64,000 nucleotides of DNA, from NCBI GenBank assembly GCA_017620525.1, contig JAGAUY010000011.1, forward strand, positions 1,902-65,901. Reading direction: 5' to 3'. The notes beneath the pieces are model-generated. The model searched no databases and was not told the DNA's origin. It worked only from the letters and a program-made list of their open reading frames with translations. Origin of the DNA: Oscillospiraceae bacterium (GTDB lineage: Bacteria; Bacillota; Clostridia; Oscillospirales; Oscillospiraceae). The translations under genes and the position numbers were made by a program. Below, one piece after another: positions 29,972 to 41,202 of the stretch (position 1 is its first letter; the number at the start of each line of letters is the position of its first letter).

Positions 29972-32900
29972 ATGAAAAACAACACTTTCATGAAAGGCGT
30001 GTCGCTGGTTCTGGCATTGGCGATGTGCTTTTCCGTGTTTCTGGGCATCGGCCCGACCACCGCCCATGCTGCCGGTGAAGAATCCGACGTCTACCTGATT
30101 GCCTATCCCCGCGAAGGTGATTCCAATTTCAGCGGCGATTGGGGCCATCCCGACCTGCACTATATGAACGGCTGGGATTCCGGCGAAGCGAGTACCACCA
30201 TCGTCCGTGCCATGGATTCCTACGAAGGCACGGCCTGCTACTGCATCGAACCCGGCGTCCATCAGAACACCGGTGACACCTACGGGAGCCGCGGCGAAGA
30301 TTATTGGGATAACTACCCCTCCAATCTGAACAGCACTATCGACGGTCCCACCATCAAGCTGCTGATTGGCCGTATTCTCCAGTATGGCTATACTGGGCAG
30401 ATCAGCCTGGGCTGGCGTTCCCAGAACTCCCCTGATGCTGACAATCTGGCTCATCTGGTTGCTACCCAGCTTCTGATCTGGGAAACCGTGGTTGGTGAGC
30501 GTGATGCCGACTTCAATCATGTTTCTGTCCCGGCTGGCTATGAGTCCGTAAAGGAAGTCATCTCCGACACCCACCCTCTCCGGGATCAGATCTTCGCCTA
30601 CTATGACAGCATGGTGGCCAGCGTCAAGACCCACACCACGGTTCCCAGCTTTTGCGGGCAGACGGTAGAACTGGAGTGGGATGGCAGTCAGTATATCGCT
30701 ACCCTGACTGATGTCAACGGGGTCCTCTTCCATTTCTCTTTTTCGGCCAGTAAACCCGGCATCCAGTTTTCTGTCATCGGCAATGAGCTGACCGTCACCG
30801 CTGCTGAAGCCCCCGCTGAAACCGTGACCATCACCGCATCCAAGAACAACTCCATGCGCCGTGGTGTTGTGACCTGGACGGATGGCACCTATGGCCCGAA
30901 TGGCGGCATCCAAGATGTTGTGTCCTATACCCAGTCCGTCAGCGACCCTGTTACCAGCTACCTGAATGTCAAGGTCAGCTATGGCAGCGCAAAGATCGTC
31001 AAGACCTCCGAGGATAGCAATGTGGCTGGAATAGCCTTCACCATCACCGGCAACGGCATCAACAAGACCGTCACCACAGACAAGAACGGTGAGATCCTGA
31101 TTGAGAATCTTATGCCCGGTATCTACACCGTGACCGAGCAGAGCTATGACATTTACGAAACACAGGAGTCCCAGCAGATCACGGTGGTCAGCGGTCATAC
31201 GGCAGCGGTCAACTTCAATAACACTCTAAAGCGTGGTGATCTGGCTGTCATCAAGAACTCCGAGGATGGTCTGAACGAGGGTATGACCTTCCATCTCTAC
31301 GGCACTTCTCTCAGCGGACAGACCATTGATGAGTATGCCATCACCGACAGCGACGGCATCGCTTATTTTAACGATGTCCCCATCGGCTCCGGCTATATTC
31401 TGGAGGAAGTGGACACCCCTGACCGCTATGTGGTTCCTGAAGCTCAGACTGCCGCCATCGAATGGAACACCGTGACCAACAAGAGCGTCACCAACACCCT
31501 GAAGAAGTGGAACGCTACCGTTACCAAGACGGATGCAGCCACCGGCACAGCCCAGGGCGACGGTTCCCTTTCCGGTGCGGTCTACGGTGTGTATGACGGC
31601 GAGGAACTGGTGGACACCTACACCACCGACGCCAATGGTCAGTTTACCACCGTCTATTACACCTGCGGCAAAAACTGGTCCATCCGGGAAATCACCCCCT
31701 CCGAGGGTTATCTGCTGGATAGCACCACCTATCATGTAGGCGCAGAACCTAGGAACTACACCGTGGAATTGAACAGCATCACCCTGGATGTGGTGGAAAC
31801 CGCAAAGATGGGCAGCATCGCCATCATCAAGCACAGCGACAACGGCGACACGCAGATTGAAACGCCCGAAGAAGGGGCTGAATTTGCCGTCTATCTGAAA
31901 TCCGCTGGCAGCTATGATGCCGCAAAGGAATCCGAACGTGACTACCTGACCTGTGATGAGAACAGCTTTGCCCAGACCAAGGACCTGCCCTATGGTGTCT
32001 ACACCGTCCATCAGGTGTCCGGCTGGGATGGCCGGGAGCTGATGGATGACTTTGATGTGTTCATCACCGAGGACGGCGAGGTCTACCGCTATCTCATCAA
32101 CAACGCCGCCTTTGAATCCTTCCTGAAAATCATCAAGGTGGATGCAGAAACCGGCGACACCATTCCCTATGCAGGCGCAGCGTTCCAGATCTACCGCCCT
32201 GACGGTTCTCTGGTAACGCAAACCTTCACCTATCCCGAAATCACCACCATCGATACTTTCTACACCAACGATCAGGGTTATCTGGTTACGCCCGATTCTC
32301 TGGAATACGGCACCGGTTATTCTCTGGTTGAAGTCCAGGCCCCCTACGGCTATGTCATCAATACCGAGCCTGTTTATTTTGATGTGACTGAGGACAGTTC
32401 CACCGAGGAGGGCGGCGTCACCGTCATTGAAGTGACCAAGGCCAACACCGCCCAGAAGGGTGTCATCAAGGTCTACAAGAGCGGTGAAGTATTTGCCTCC
32501 GCTGTGGTGGCAGATGCGGTGTACCAGCCCGTCTTTGCAACGCAGGGTTTGCCCGGTGCGGTCTATGAGATCACCGCCGCCGAGGACATCTACACCCTGG
32601 ACGGTACGCTGCGCTATTCCGCTGGGGAAGTGGTCGATACCATCACCACCGACGAAACCGGCTATGCAACCAGCAAGGCACTGTACCTGGGCAAGTTCAA
32701 TATTCAGGAGATCTCCGCCCCCGATGGCATGGTGCTGAACAGCGAGGTTAATACCGTCGAGCTGGTCTATGCCGGTCAGGAAATCGAAATCACCGAAACC
32801 TCTGCCAACTTCACCAACGAACGCCAGAAGGTATCTGTTTCTCTGGGCAAGGCGATGGAGCAGAATGAGCAGTTTTGCATCGGTATGAACGGTGAAGTCA

Positions 32901-33901
32901 CCGCCGTTACCTTTGGCCTGTACGCAGCAGAGGAAATGATTGCCGCTGACGGCTGCACCATTCCTGCTGACGGTCTGCTGGAGATCGTATCTGTCAACGA
33001 AAACGGTTCTGCCACCTGCAAGACCGACCTGCCCATTGGCAGTTACTATCTGAAAGAGATGACCACCGATGGCCACTACATCATCTCTGATGAAACCTAT
33101 CCCTTCACCTTTGAATATGCCGGTCAGGAAACCGCTGTGGTGGAGATCCTGGTGAATGACGGCATCGCCATCTACAACCAGCTGATTTATGGCAGCATCC
33201 ACGGCATGAAGAAGGATGACAGCGGCAATGCCCTTGCCGGTGCGGTCATTGGCCTGTTCTGTGATGATACCACGGAGTTTACCGCAGGCACGGCTATCCT
33301 GACCACCACTTCTGCTGAGGACGGCAGCTTCTCTTTCACCCAGGTTCCCTATGGCAACTGGATCGTCCGGGAAATTGAAGCTCCCACCGGGTATGTGCTT
33401 TCCGACGAAGCCTACTCCGTGACCATCGACGGGGACGGTGCTGTGATTGAAGTGGAGATTGCCAACACCCTGATTCTGGGTGCGGTGCAGCTGACCAAGG
33501 TGGATGCGGAATATCCCGACAACAAGCTGACCGGCGCAGAGTTCCAGATTTACCGGGACAGCAACGGCAACAAGGAGCTGGATCAGGATGACGAATCCCT
33601 TGGCACCCTGACCGAGATCAGCACCGGCATCTACCAGATGGAAAAGCTGGTGTACGCCATTTTGTTTATCCGTGGTGAGCGGCCCATCATCGACGATAAG
33701 TATGACATTCACAAGCACCCCAATGTGGGTCTGACCACCCACGGCGGGGCTGAACCCTACGAGCATGGCCGTACCGACCATGTTGTTGCATCGGTTTCAC
33801 TGACCAAGGCCACCGGCGCACCGGTTCCTGAACTGGAAGAAATCGAATCCATGTATGTGCTTCAGTCCAATGAGGACATTGAAGAAGAATTTTCTATTTA
33901 A
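29972..33901 (+). CDS. Thioester-domain/SpaA-repeat adhesin, C-terminally fused to a VirD4-like tail (chimeric)
   Basis: Signal peptide, YCIEPG..ATQLLIWE thioester domain, repeated KxD..GA.F..E..AP.GY units; ends YAILFIRGERPIIDDKYDIHKHPN with no LPXTG/TM. Confidence 0.8.
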   Translation: MKNNTFMKGVSLVLALAMCFSVFLGIGPTTAHAAGEESDVYLIAYPREGDSNFSGDWGHPDLHYMNGWDSGEASTTIVRAMDSYEGTACYCIEPGVHQNTGDTYGSRGEDYWDNYPSNLNSTIDGPTIKLLIGRILQYGYTGQISLGWRSQNSPDADNLAHLVATQLLIWETVVGERDADFNHVSVPAGYESVKEVISDTHPLRDQIFAYYDSMVASVKTHTTVPSFCGQTVELEWDGSQYIATLTDVNGVLFHFSFSASKPGIQFSVIGNELTVTAAEAPAETVTITASKNNSMRRGVVTWTDGTYGPNGGIQDVVSYTQSVSDPVTSYLNVKVSYGSAKIVKTSEDSNVAGIAFTITGNGINKTVTTDKNGEILIENLMPGIYTVTEQSYDIYETQESQQITVVSGHTAAVNFNNTLKRGDLAVIKNSEDGLNEGMTFHLYGTSLSGQTIDEYAITDSDGIAYFNDVPIGSGYILEEVDTPDRYVVPEAQTAAIEWNTVTNKSVTNTLKKWNATVTKTDAATGTAQGDGSLSGAVYGVYDGEELVDTYTTDANGQFTTVYYTCGKNWSIREITPSEGYLLDSTTYHVGAEPRNYTVELNSITLDVVETAKMGSIAIIKHSDNGDTQIETPEEGAEFAVYLKSAGSYDAAKESERDYLTCDENSFAQTKDLPYGVYTVHQVSGWDGRELMDDFDVFITEDGEVYRYLINNAAFESFLKIIKVDAETGDTIPYAGAAFQIYRPDGSLVTQTFTYPEITTIDTFYTNDQGYLVTPDSLEYGTGYSLVEVQAPYGYVINTEPVYFDVTEDSSTEEGGVTVIEVTKANTAQKGVIKVYKSGEVFASAVVADAVYQPVFATQGLPGAVYEITAAEDIYTLDGTLRYSAGEVVDTITTDETGYATSKALYLGKFNIQEISAPDGMVLNSEVNTVELVYAGQEIEITETSANFTNERQKVSVSLGKAMEQNEQFCIGMNGEVTAVTFGLYAAEEMIAADGCTIPADGLLEIVSVNENGSATCKTDLPIGSYYLKEMTTDGHYIISDETYPFTFEYAGQETAVVEILVNDGIAIYNQLIYGSIHGMKKDDSGNALAGAVIGLFCDDTTEFTAGTAILTTTSAEDGSFSFTQVPYGNWIVREIEAPTGYVLSDEAYSVTIDGDGAVIEVEIANTLILGAVQLTKVDAEYPDNKLTGAEFQIYRDSNGNKELDQDDESLGTLTEISTGIYQMEKLVYAILFIRGERPIIDDKYDIHKHPNVGLTTHGGAEPYEHGRTDHVVASVSLTKATGAPVPELEEIESMYVLQSNEDIEEEFSI

Positions 33902-33916
33902 CAGGAGGATATTACC

Positions 33917-34297
33917 ATGAAGAACATCATCAAGAACATCATCAAGAAAACCAACAAGAACGAGAAGAACACCAACCGTATGCCCATGCCCCCCAAGATC
34001 AAGCGTGGCTTCAGCTTCTACTGCTCCACCATTCTGGCCCTGACTCTGGTTATGGGTCTGGCTATGCCTGCATCCGCTACCGGCGGTGATCCCCTGACCG
34101 TGGTCAACAACCTGTCCGACTTCATCTTCGGCCTGATCCGTGCGGTAGGCATGATCCTGCTGGGCTGGGGTATCGTCCAGGTGGGCCTGTCCTTGCAGTC
34201 CCATGATCCCTCCCAGCGTTCCAACGGCTTCCTGACCCTCGCCGGTGGTATCGTCATCACCTTCGCAAAGGAGATCCTGACTCTGATTACCGGCTAA
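33917..34297 (+). CDS. VirB2/Maff2-like conjugative pilin
   Basis: GDPLTVVNNLSDFIFGLIRAVG..SHDPSQR with two TM segments; sits before the VirB6-like gene. Confidence 0.72.
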   Translation: MKNIIKNIIKKTNKNEKNTNRMPMPPKIKRGFSFYCSTILALTLVMGLAMPASATGGDPLTVVNNLSDFIFGLIRAVGMILLGWGIVQVGLSLQSHDPSQRSNGFLTLAGGIVITFAKEILTLITG

Positions 34298-34366
34298 TTC
34301 AGCACAGAAAGGCGGCAGGGTGGAAAAACAGCCCTGCCGCTGATCTCAAAGAAAGGAGGAAGCTGA

Positions 34367-35203
34367 ATGTCTGATAACTGGGTCATACAGAACCTCGAAA
34401 ACGCCCTGAATACCTGGAATGAGAAGCTGGCAGAGATCTGGACGCTCATCACCCAATCTCCGCAGCAGTTCAAAGGCGGCACCATCTGGAATGTGATGGT
34501 AAGCATCCACGGCGCAATTCAGGCCATCGGCATTGCGCTGCTTGTGCTGTTCTTTGTTGTTGGTGTGATGAAAACCTGCGGCAGCTTTGCCGAGGTGAAG
34601 AAACCGGAACACGCATTGAAGCTGTTTATCCGATTTGCACTGGCCAAGGGAGCAGTCACCTACAGTCTGGAGCTGATGCTCGCACTACTCAGCATCGTCC
34701 AAGGCGTGATCTCTACCATCATGAACGCATCCGGGTATGGAGCACCGCAGGATACCGTCCTGCCGACGGAAATCGTCACCGCCGTGGAAGAATGCGGCTT
34801 TTTTGAAAGCATCCCCTTGTGGGCAGTGACGCTGATCGGAAGTCTGTTCATTACGGTGTTGTCTTTTGTGATGATTATGACGGTGTACGGACGGTTCTTT
34901 AAGCTCTATCTGTACGCTGCCATTGCCCCCATTCCGCTGTCCACCTTTGCCGGTGAACCCAGCCAGAGTGTGGGCAAAAGTTTTATCAAGTCCTATGCAG
35001 CCGTGTGTCTGGAAGGTGCGATTATCGTACTGGCCTGCATTATCTTCTCCCTGTTTGCCGCATCGCCGCCTGTGGTCGATCCCGACGCCTCAGCGGTGTC
35101 TATGGTATGGACCTATGTGGGAGAACTGATCTTCAATATGCTGGTGCTTGTCGGTACCGTCAAAATGGCAGACCGGGTGGTGCGTGAAATGATGGGCCTG
35201 TAA
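34367..35203 (+). CDS. VirB6/TrbL-like conjugal transfer membrane protein
   Basis: Polytopic; VYGRFFKLYLYAAIAPIPLST motif. Confidence 0.78.
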   Translation: MSDNWVIQNLENALNTWNEKLAEIWTLITQSPQQFKGGTIWNVMVSIHGAIQAIGIALLVLFFVVGVMKTCGSFAEVKKPEHALKLFIRFALAKGAVTYSLELMLALLSIVQGVISTIMNASGYGAPQDTVLPTEIVTAVEECGFFESIPLWAVTLIGSLFITVLSFVMIMTVYGRFFKLYLYAAIAPIPLSTFAGEPSQSVGKSFIKSYAAVCLEGAIIVLACIIFSLFAASPPVVDPDASAVSMVWTYVGELIFNMLVLVGTVKMADRVVREMMGL

Positions 35204-35215
35204 GGAGGGAAAACA

Positions 35216-35578
35216 TTGGAAGTCAAAATCAACAAGGAAATTCGTAACTATCAGGAGAGTATGTTCTTTGGACTGTCCATGCGGCAGTTCATTTTTTCTG
35301 TCCTGGCGATCATCGTTGCGGTGGTACTGTACTTTGTGTTAAAGCCCTATGTGGGAACGGAAACCGTGTCCTGGATGTGTGTTCTGGGCGCGGCTCCCTT
35401 CGCCGCAATGGGCTTTTTCACTTATCATGGCATGACCGCCGAGCAATTCATCATCAACTGGGTCCGCACCGAACTGATTGAACCCCGCTATTACAAGTTT
35501 GAATCCAAAAGCCTTTACTACCAGCTGATGGAAACTGCACCCAAGCCTAAGAGAAAGGAGAAGAAAGCCCATGATTAA
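35216..35578 (+). CDS. PrgI family protein (VirB3-like)
   Basis: EVKINKEIRNYQESMFFGLSMRQ. Confidence 0.85.
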   Translation: MEVKINKEIRNYQESMFFGLSMRQFIFSVLAIIVAVVLYFVLKPYVGTETVSWMCVLGAAPFAAMGFFTYHGMTAEQFIINWVRTELIEPRYYKFESKSLYYQLMETAPKPKRKEKKAHD

Positions 35579-37925
35579 ATCCATCACCCGGTTTCTGAAA
35601 CAACGCAAGGAACGCTACCGCATCCCCAAACGGGTTCAAGACCTGATCCCCATCAACTGCATCTGGGAGGATGGCATCTTCCGCAGCTGCGGTCAATATT
35701 CCAAGACCTTCCGCTTTACGGACATCAATTACAAAGTTGCATCCGATGAGGACCAGCGCGGGATGTTTCTGGGATATTCCAGCATCCTGAATGGCCTTGA
35801 CAGCGGCGGCACCGCCCAGATCCTGGTCAATAACCACCGGATGAACCGCTGGAACTTTTCCGAATCCGTCCTCATGACTATGAAGCAGGATTACCGGGAT
35901 GAATACCGCCAGGAGTACAACGATATTGTGTCCGGCAAATCCCGAAGCGGCACCGGGTTTATTCAGGAGAAGTACGTTACCATCGCTGCCAGCAAGAAGA
36001 ATATCGATGAAGCACGGATGTACTTTGACCGTGTCGGCACGGAGCTTCAGACCCGTTTCGGTGCTGTCGGTTCCCGCTGCACGGAAATGGATGTCCAGGA
36101 GCGGCTGCGAATTCTGCACGGCTTCTACCGCCCCAAGGAAAGCAATGCCTTTGCGTTTGATATGAAAAAGCGGATACGCTGGGGCCATGATTTCAAGGAC
36201 TATATCTGCCCGGACAGCATCAAAAAGCACAGCGATTATCTGAAAATCGGAGACCGCTATGCCAGAGTGCTGTTTCTGAAGGAACTGGCGTCCTTTATCA
36301 AGGATGACTTCATCGACGAACTGATTACCCGGAATCAGGATATGATGGTTTCCATCAACATCCTGCCCATTCCTATGGACGAAGCCATCCGGGAGGTGGA
36401 AAACCGCCTGCTGGGTATCGAAACCAACATTACCAACTGGCAGCGCCGCCAGAATGCCAACAACAATTTCTCTGCTACCGTTCCCTATGAGATGGAGCTG
36501 CAGAGAAAGGAAGCAAAGGAATTCCTGGAGGACCTGATGACCCGCGACCAGCGTATGATGCAGACCTGCATCACGATGGTCATCACCGCTGACACCAAGG
36601 AAGAATTAGAAAGCGAGACTGACGGCATTCTTTCCTTTGCAATCAACCGTATGTGTCAGATTGCCCCGTTGACCTTCCAGCAGATGGATGGTCTAAATAC
36701 GGTACTGCCCATCGGCACATGGAAGATCAATATTTTCCGCACCCTGACCACCGAATCTCTGGCTGTGTTCATGCCCTTTAAGGTGCAGGAGATTCAGGAC
36801 CGAGGTGGACTGTATTATGGTGAAAACGCCATTTCCCATAACATGATCCTCTGTAACAAGGAACAGCTTTTGAACCAGTCCTCGTTCATCTTGGGTGTTC
36901 CCGGTTCTGGCAAGTCCTTTATCACGAAATTACAGATCATGATTTTGATTCTGACCACGGATGATGACATTCTGATCTGTGACCCCGAAGGCGAGTATGT
37001 GCCGCTGGTGGAAGCCCTGGGAAAAGAAATGGCATCCATTATTCGCCTCCACGCCGGTGGCCGGGATCGGCTGAATGCCATGTTCATGGTTGCCGGTTAT
37101 GGTGAGGACAATCCTCTGGTGTCCAAGTCCCAGTTTGTCATGTCCCTGGTGGAACAGATCGATAAGAAGGGTGTAGGCCCTCAGCACAAGTCTATTATTG
37201 ACCGCTGTGTTGCCGCTGTCTACCGGGAGAGCGAACAGAACGGTACCGTTGCCACTCTGTCTATTCTTCGTGAGAAGCTGATGGAGCAGCCGGAACCCCA
37301 GGCAAAGGAAGTTGCCCTGGCTCTGGAACTGTTCACAGCCGGTTCTCTGGACATCTTCGGTCATGGCAGCAATGTGGACCTAACCAAGCGCATCACCGTA
37401 TTTGACATTCACAAGCTGGGTCCTCAGTTGAAGCCCCCCGGAATGTTGGTCATCACGGACACGATGCTGAACCGTGTTTCCATGAACTGGGCACAGGGTA
37501 AGCGTACCCATGTGTTCATCGACGAGTTTCATGTTGCCTTTGAGAATGAAGCGTCCGCAACCTTCTTCAATTCCGCATGGCGTCAGTTCCGCAAGCGCAA
37601 TGCGTTCCCCACGGCCATCACCCAGAATGTGGAGTATCTACTGGATTCCGTTCAGGCCAGCACCATGCTCAGTAACTCCGAGTTCATTGTGATGTTGAAT
37701 CAGGCAGCGTCTGACCGTGAGAAGTTGGCAAAGCTGCTGAACATCTCCGACGAGCAGATGAGCTATGTTACCAACGCGGATGCAGGCTGCGGCCTTATCA
37801 AATACGGTTCTGCGTTGGTTCCGTTCGTTAACCGATTCCCCAAGAATACCAAGCTGTATCAGCTGATGACCACGAAACCCGGCGAGGGCATCTTCGGCGG
37901 TGATGCGGCAAACGTCTACAACTAA
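35571..37925 (+). CDS. VirB4-like conjugative transfer ATPase
   Basis: GVPGSGKS, CDPEGEY, FIDEFH, RKRN, ITQN. Confidence 0.92.
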   Translation: MIKSITRFLKQRKERYRIPKRVQDLIPINCIWEDGIFRSCGQYSKTFRFTDINYKVASDEDQRGMFLGYSSILNGLDSGGTAQILVNNHRMNRWNFSESVLMTMKQDYRDEYRQEYNDIVSGKSRSGTGFIQEKYVTIAASKKNIDEARMYFDRVGTELQTRFGAVGSRCTEMDVQERLRILHGFYRPKESNAFAFDMKKRIRWGHDFKDYICPDSIKKHSDYLKIGDRYARVLFLKELASFIKDDFIDELITRNQDMMVSINILPIPMDEAIREVENRLLGIETNITNWQRRQNANNNFSATVPYEMELQRKEAKEFLEDLMTRDQRMMQTCITMVITADTKEELESETDGILSFAINRMCQIAPLTFQQMDGLNTVLPIGTWKINIFRTLTTESLAVFMPFKVQEIQDRGGLYYGENAISHNMILCNKEQLLNQSSFILGVPGSGKSFITKLQIMILILTTDDDILICDPEGEYVPLVEALGKEMASIIRLHAGGRDRLNAMFMVAGYGEDNPLVSKSQFVMSLVEQIDKKGVGPQHKSIIDRCVAAVYRESEQNGTVATLSILREKLMEQPEPQAKEVALALELFTAGSLDIFGHGSNVDLTKRITVFDIHKLGPQLKPPGMLVITDTMLNRVSMNWAQGKRTHVFIDEFHVAFENEASATFFNSAWRQFRKRNAFPTAITQNVEYLLDSVQASTMLSNSEFIVMLNQAASDREKLAKLLNISDEQMSYVTNADAGCGLIKYGSALVPFVNRFPKNTKLYQLMTTKPGEGIFGGDAANVYN

Positions 37926-37939
37926 ATGGAGGTACAACT

Positions 37940-38761
37940 ATGAAGCGTAATATCTGGATTAGTCTGGCGGCAGTATTTGCCGCCATTTTCCTTTTCTCCG
38001 CCGTGATGCTCTGGCATCACTATGCCGATCAGAAGCAGAGCGCGGAAGTGTTCAATAATATCACCAGTCTGGTGCAGGAGGAAACGCAGTCCACCCAGCC
38101 CACTGATTCTGCCGAGCCCAGCGGTGAGGCGGGAACCGAACCCACGGAGCCTGCCATGACTGCCTACGAGAAGTACGCCGAGGTCTATGCCCAGAACAAT
38201 GATTTTGTGGGCTGGCTCTCTATCGACGGCACCGACATCAACTATCCCGTCATGCAGACCGTGGACAATCCCAATTATTACCTGAAGCGTGGTTTTGACA
38301 AGGCATACAGCGATTACGGTGTGCCCTATGTTCAGGAGAACTGTATGCTGGGTATCTCCGACAATGTGGTGATCTACGGTCACAACATGAAGAACGGCTC
38401 CATGTTCGCAGATCTGTGCAAGTATCAGGACGCGGACTTCTATCAGGAACACAAAACCATCCACTTTGATACGCTGTCCAGCTTTGGAGCGTATGAGATT
38501 GTCGCCGTGTTTAAGACCGTGGCTTATTCTCAGGACGGATTCAAATACTACCATTTCGTCAATGCCGAGGATGAAGCCGCCTTTGATGCGTTCATTGCTG
38601 AGTGTAAGGAGTTGTCCCTGTATGACACCGGTGTTTCTGCGATATATGGCGATAAGCTGATTACGCTGTCTACCTGCGAATACAGCCAGACCAACGGCAG
38701 AATGGTTATTGTCGCAAAGCTGATTGAGCCTCCCACCGGGGAAGTGAGCGGCGATGCCTGA
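37940..38761 (+). CDS. srtB: Class B sortase
   Basis: IYGHNMKNGSMF, ITLSTC and downstream catalytic R. Confidence 0.9.
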   Translation: MKRNIWISLAAVFAAIFLFSAVMLWHHYADQKQSAEVFNNITSLVQEETQSTQPTDSAEPSGEAGTEPTEPAMTAYEKYAEVYAQNNDFVGWLSIDGTDINYPVMQTVDNPNYYLKRGFDKAYSDYGVPYVQENCMLGISDNVVIYGHNMKNGSMFADLCKYQDADFYQEHKTIHFDTLSSFGAYEIVAVFKTVAYSQDGFKYYHFVNAEDEAAFDAFIAECKELSLYDTGVSAIYGDKLITLSTCEYSQTNGRMVIVAKLIEPPTGEVSGDA

Positions 38762-40577
38762 TATTAAGACCAGGGATGTGGTCAAAGGGACAATCAAGAC
38801 CGTTGAAAAAACTGCTGTTGCCGGGGAACGGATGAAGGATGCCTATGTCCGCATGAAGGAAAAGGGCGAAAACAGCGTTTATTCTTCTGAGAGTTCTTCC
38901 AATGAATATGCCGCCGATCATTTGACCGGCGGCATTGAAGCCTTGACCCATGAGGGAATCCATCAAATTGAGAAGCAGGGACAGAAAGGGCTTGATGCCA
39001 CGAAAGCGAATGTTTCCAAGGCGAAGGCTGATTTTCAGAAAAAACGCACAGCCAACCAGCCGAAAGAACAGCATCACGCACCGCAGGCGGATTCCCCGGT
39101 GCAGCCTGCGGTGTCCGGCGAGTCTGCCCCTGCTCCAAAAATAGAAAGCCCTCCTCAGTCTGTGAAGTATCAGACGGTTCCTCGCCAAGCTGCACCCCAT
39201 ACGCAGGCTAAAACGATCAAACAACGAAGCCCTGACAGAACCATCCGTCAGGAAGGTAAGGCAGTCGATACTGCTACGAAGCCGGTACGCAGGTCCGTAA
39301 AAACTGCCGTCAGGACAGTCAAAACAGCAGACACCACTGCCCAAGTTTCCACCAAGACTGCTCAATCAGCTGCCACCTCAGCACAAAAGGCGGCAGTCGC
39401 AGCAGAAAGAACGGCTCAGGCTGCGGTTCAGTCTTTCCGGGCAACCGCCAAAGCTGCCGCCGCAAACGCTAAGGTTGCGGCCAAGGCGGTGGCATCCGCT
39501 GTTAAGGGTATCATCGAAGGTACGAAAGCCCTGATCTCCGCCATCGCCGCTGGCGCCTGGGTGGCAATTCTGGTAGTCGTTGTTATTTGCCTGATTGGCC
39601 TGATCGCTGGCTCCGGCTTCGGTATCTTCTTCTCCAGCGAGGACACCGACAGTTCTCAGACCATGCAGGAGGTCGTCTGGGAGATCAATGACGAATACCT
39701 TGCAAGGCTGGATGAAATTAAGGCATCCACCGCTTATGATGAACTGGAAATGTCCGGTTCCCGTGCTGTCTGGCCCGAAGTTCTGGCAATCTATGCTGTA
39801 AAAACCACTACCGATCCCGATAATCCCCAGGAAGTGGCGTCCATTACCGATGAAAAGAAGGAACTGCTGAGGGACATCTTCTGGCAGATGAATGAAATCA
39901 GCCATGAAACGGATACGGTGTCTGAAACAGAGATTGTCGAAAGCGATGACGGAAACGGCAATATTGTAGAGGAAGAAGTGCCGGTTACGAACACCTATCT
40001 GTATATCACCGTTGACCACAAGACTGCTGAGGAAATGGCGGGGGAACTGAACTTCAATGATGACCAAATAGCCCAGCTTGAAGCCCTTCTGGCTGACGAA
40101 AACGATTCTCTCTGGACCGCCGTTCTGTATGGCATCACCACGAGCGATGGCCAGATCGTAGCGGTTGCCCAGTCCCAGATCGGCAACATCGGTGGTGAGC
40201 CTTACTGGTCCTGGTACGGTTTTAATAGCCGGGTGGAGTGGTGTGCTTGCTTTGTTTCCTGGTGTGCCAATGAATGTGGCTATATTGAAGCCGGTGTTAT
40301 TCCGAAATTCGCAGGCTGTATCAACGGCGTTCAGTGGTTCAAGGATCGTGCCCAGTGGGCAGATAACAGCGCCGAACCCACACCCGGAATGATTATCTTC
40401 TTTGACTGGGACGATGATGAAGGTCAGGACGGTTTGGCTGACCATGTTGGTATTGTTGAAAAGGTTGATAATGGCAGGGTGTATACCATTGAAGGCAATA
40501 CAAGCGACAGTTGCCGCGAACGCAGCTATCCGCTTGGGTATTACGAAATTCTTGGATATGGTATTCCTGCTTATTAA
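38754..40577 (+). CDS. Conjugation peptidoglycan hydrolase with C-terminal CHAP domain
   Basis: [23 protein letters not shown]; Ala/Lys-rich N-terminus and TM. Confidence 0.88.
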   Translation: MPDIKTRDVVKGTIKTVEKTAVAGERMKDAYVRMKEKGENSVYSSESSSNEYAADHLTGGIEALTHEGIHQIEKQGQKGLDATKANVSKAKADFQKKRTANQPKEQHHAPQADSPVQPAVSGESAPAPKIESPPQSVKYQTVPRQAAPHTQAKTIKQRSPDRTIRQEGKAVDTATKPVRRSVKTAVRTVKTADTTAQVSTKTAQSAATSAQKAAVAAERTAQAAVQSFRATAKAAAANAKVAAKAVASAVKGIIEGTKALISAIAAGAWVAILVVVVICLIGLIAGSGFGIFFSSEDTDSSQTMQEVVWEINDEYLARLDEIKASTAYDELEMSGSRAVWPEVLAIYAVKTTTDPDNPQEVASITDEKKELLRDIFWQMNEISHETDTVSETEIVESDDGNGNIVEEEVPVTNTYLYITVDHKTAEEMAGELNFNDDQIAQLEALLADENDSLWTAVLYGITTSDGQIVAVAQSQIGNIGGEPYWSWYGFNSRVEWCACFVSWCANECGYIEAGVIPKFAGCINGVQWFKDRAQWADNSAEPTPGMIIFFDWDDDEGQDGLADHVGIVEKVDNGRVYTIEGNTSDSCRERSYPLGYYEILGYGIPAY

Positions 40578-40621
40578 ACCGCAAAAACCACCGCTTGGCA
40601 AATAAAACACACCATAAACAC

Positions 40622-40663
40622 AAAAAGAGGAATCGCTACAAATCGTAAGCGATTCCTCTTTTT
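40622..40663. terminator. Bidirectional terminator between the tra operon and the cob operon
   Basis: aaaaagaggaatcgct...agcgattcctcttttt. Confidence 0.85.
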
Positions 40664-41202
40664 CATGGAATATACCTATAGTTCCGATTCGCAATGACAT
40701 AGCCACTGCCGTTCTTTGGCTGCCATTCATAGCGGTTCTTATTTTCGTCTGGGAACAGATGCTCCATTATAGCGGCAATGCAGCCGCCGTGGGTGATGAT
40801 GCAGGCGTCCTCCCGGATTTCGGAGAATGCAGCCAGCACACGCTGGCGCATCTGCACACCGCTTTCGCCATTGGGCGGTACATTGGCGTCGTTGTCACCA
40901 GTGAGCCATGCCTGATAAGCTGGGGTGTCTTTCAGTTCCTCGTAGCTGTGCATCTCAAAAATGCCGAAATCCACTTCCTGGAATCGAGGATCGATGTCAA
41001 AAGGCACATCGCCAAACAGAACACGCAAGGTTTCATTCGTCCGCTCCATACCGCTGGTGAGGAATCGGACATTTTTGATGTCATAATGGAACTGGTGCAG
41101 TTCTTCTCTGCCTGCATCGGACAGGGGCAAGTCGCTACTGCCGCAGTAGAGATGGCGCTCGTTGGCTTCCGTCTTACCGTGGCGAATTAAGTAGATGGTC
41201 AT
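40663..41202 (-). CDS. cobC: Histidine phosphatase, CobC-like
   Basis: LIRHGKT, ITHGG; cob operon context. Confidence 0.75.
   Translation of the reverse strand: MTIYLIRHGKTEANERHLYCGSSDLPLSDAGREELHQFHYDIKNVRFLTSGMERTNETLRVLFGDVPFDIDPRFQEVDFGIFEMHSYEELKDTPAYQAWLTGDNDANVPPNGESGVQMRQRVLAAFSEIREDACIITHGGCIAAIMEHLFPDENKNRYEWQPKNGSGYVIANRNYRYIP

Noticed and set aside
31226-33781. 851-aa minus-strand ORF
   Set aside because: Antisense shadow of the adhesin caused by codon bias
33920-33976. 12-nt tandem repeat (aagaacatcatc) at the pilin start as a phase-variation switch
   Set aside because: In-frame, low copy number and within a variable leader, so it cannot shift the frame
27463-40577. Functional self-transmissible ICE
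   Set aside because: No integrase, relaxase or full VirD4 in the window; these could lie beyond the right edge, but virD4 appears deleted
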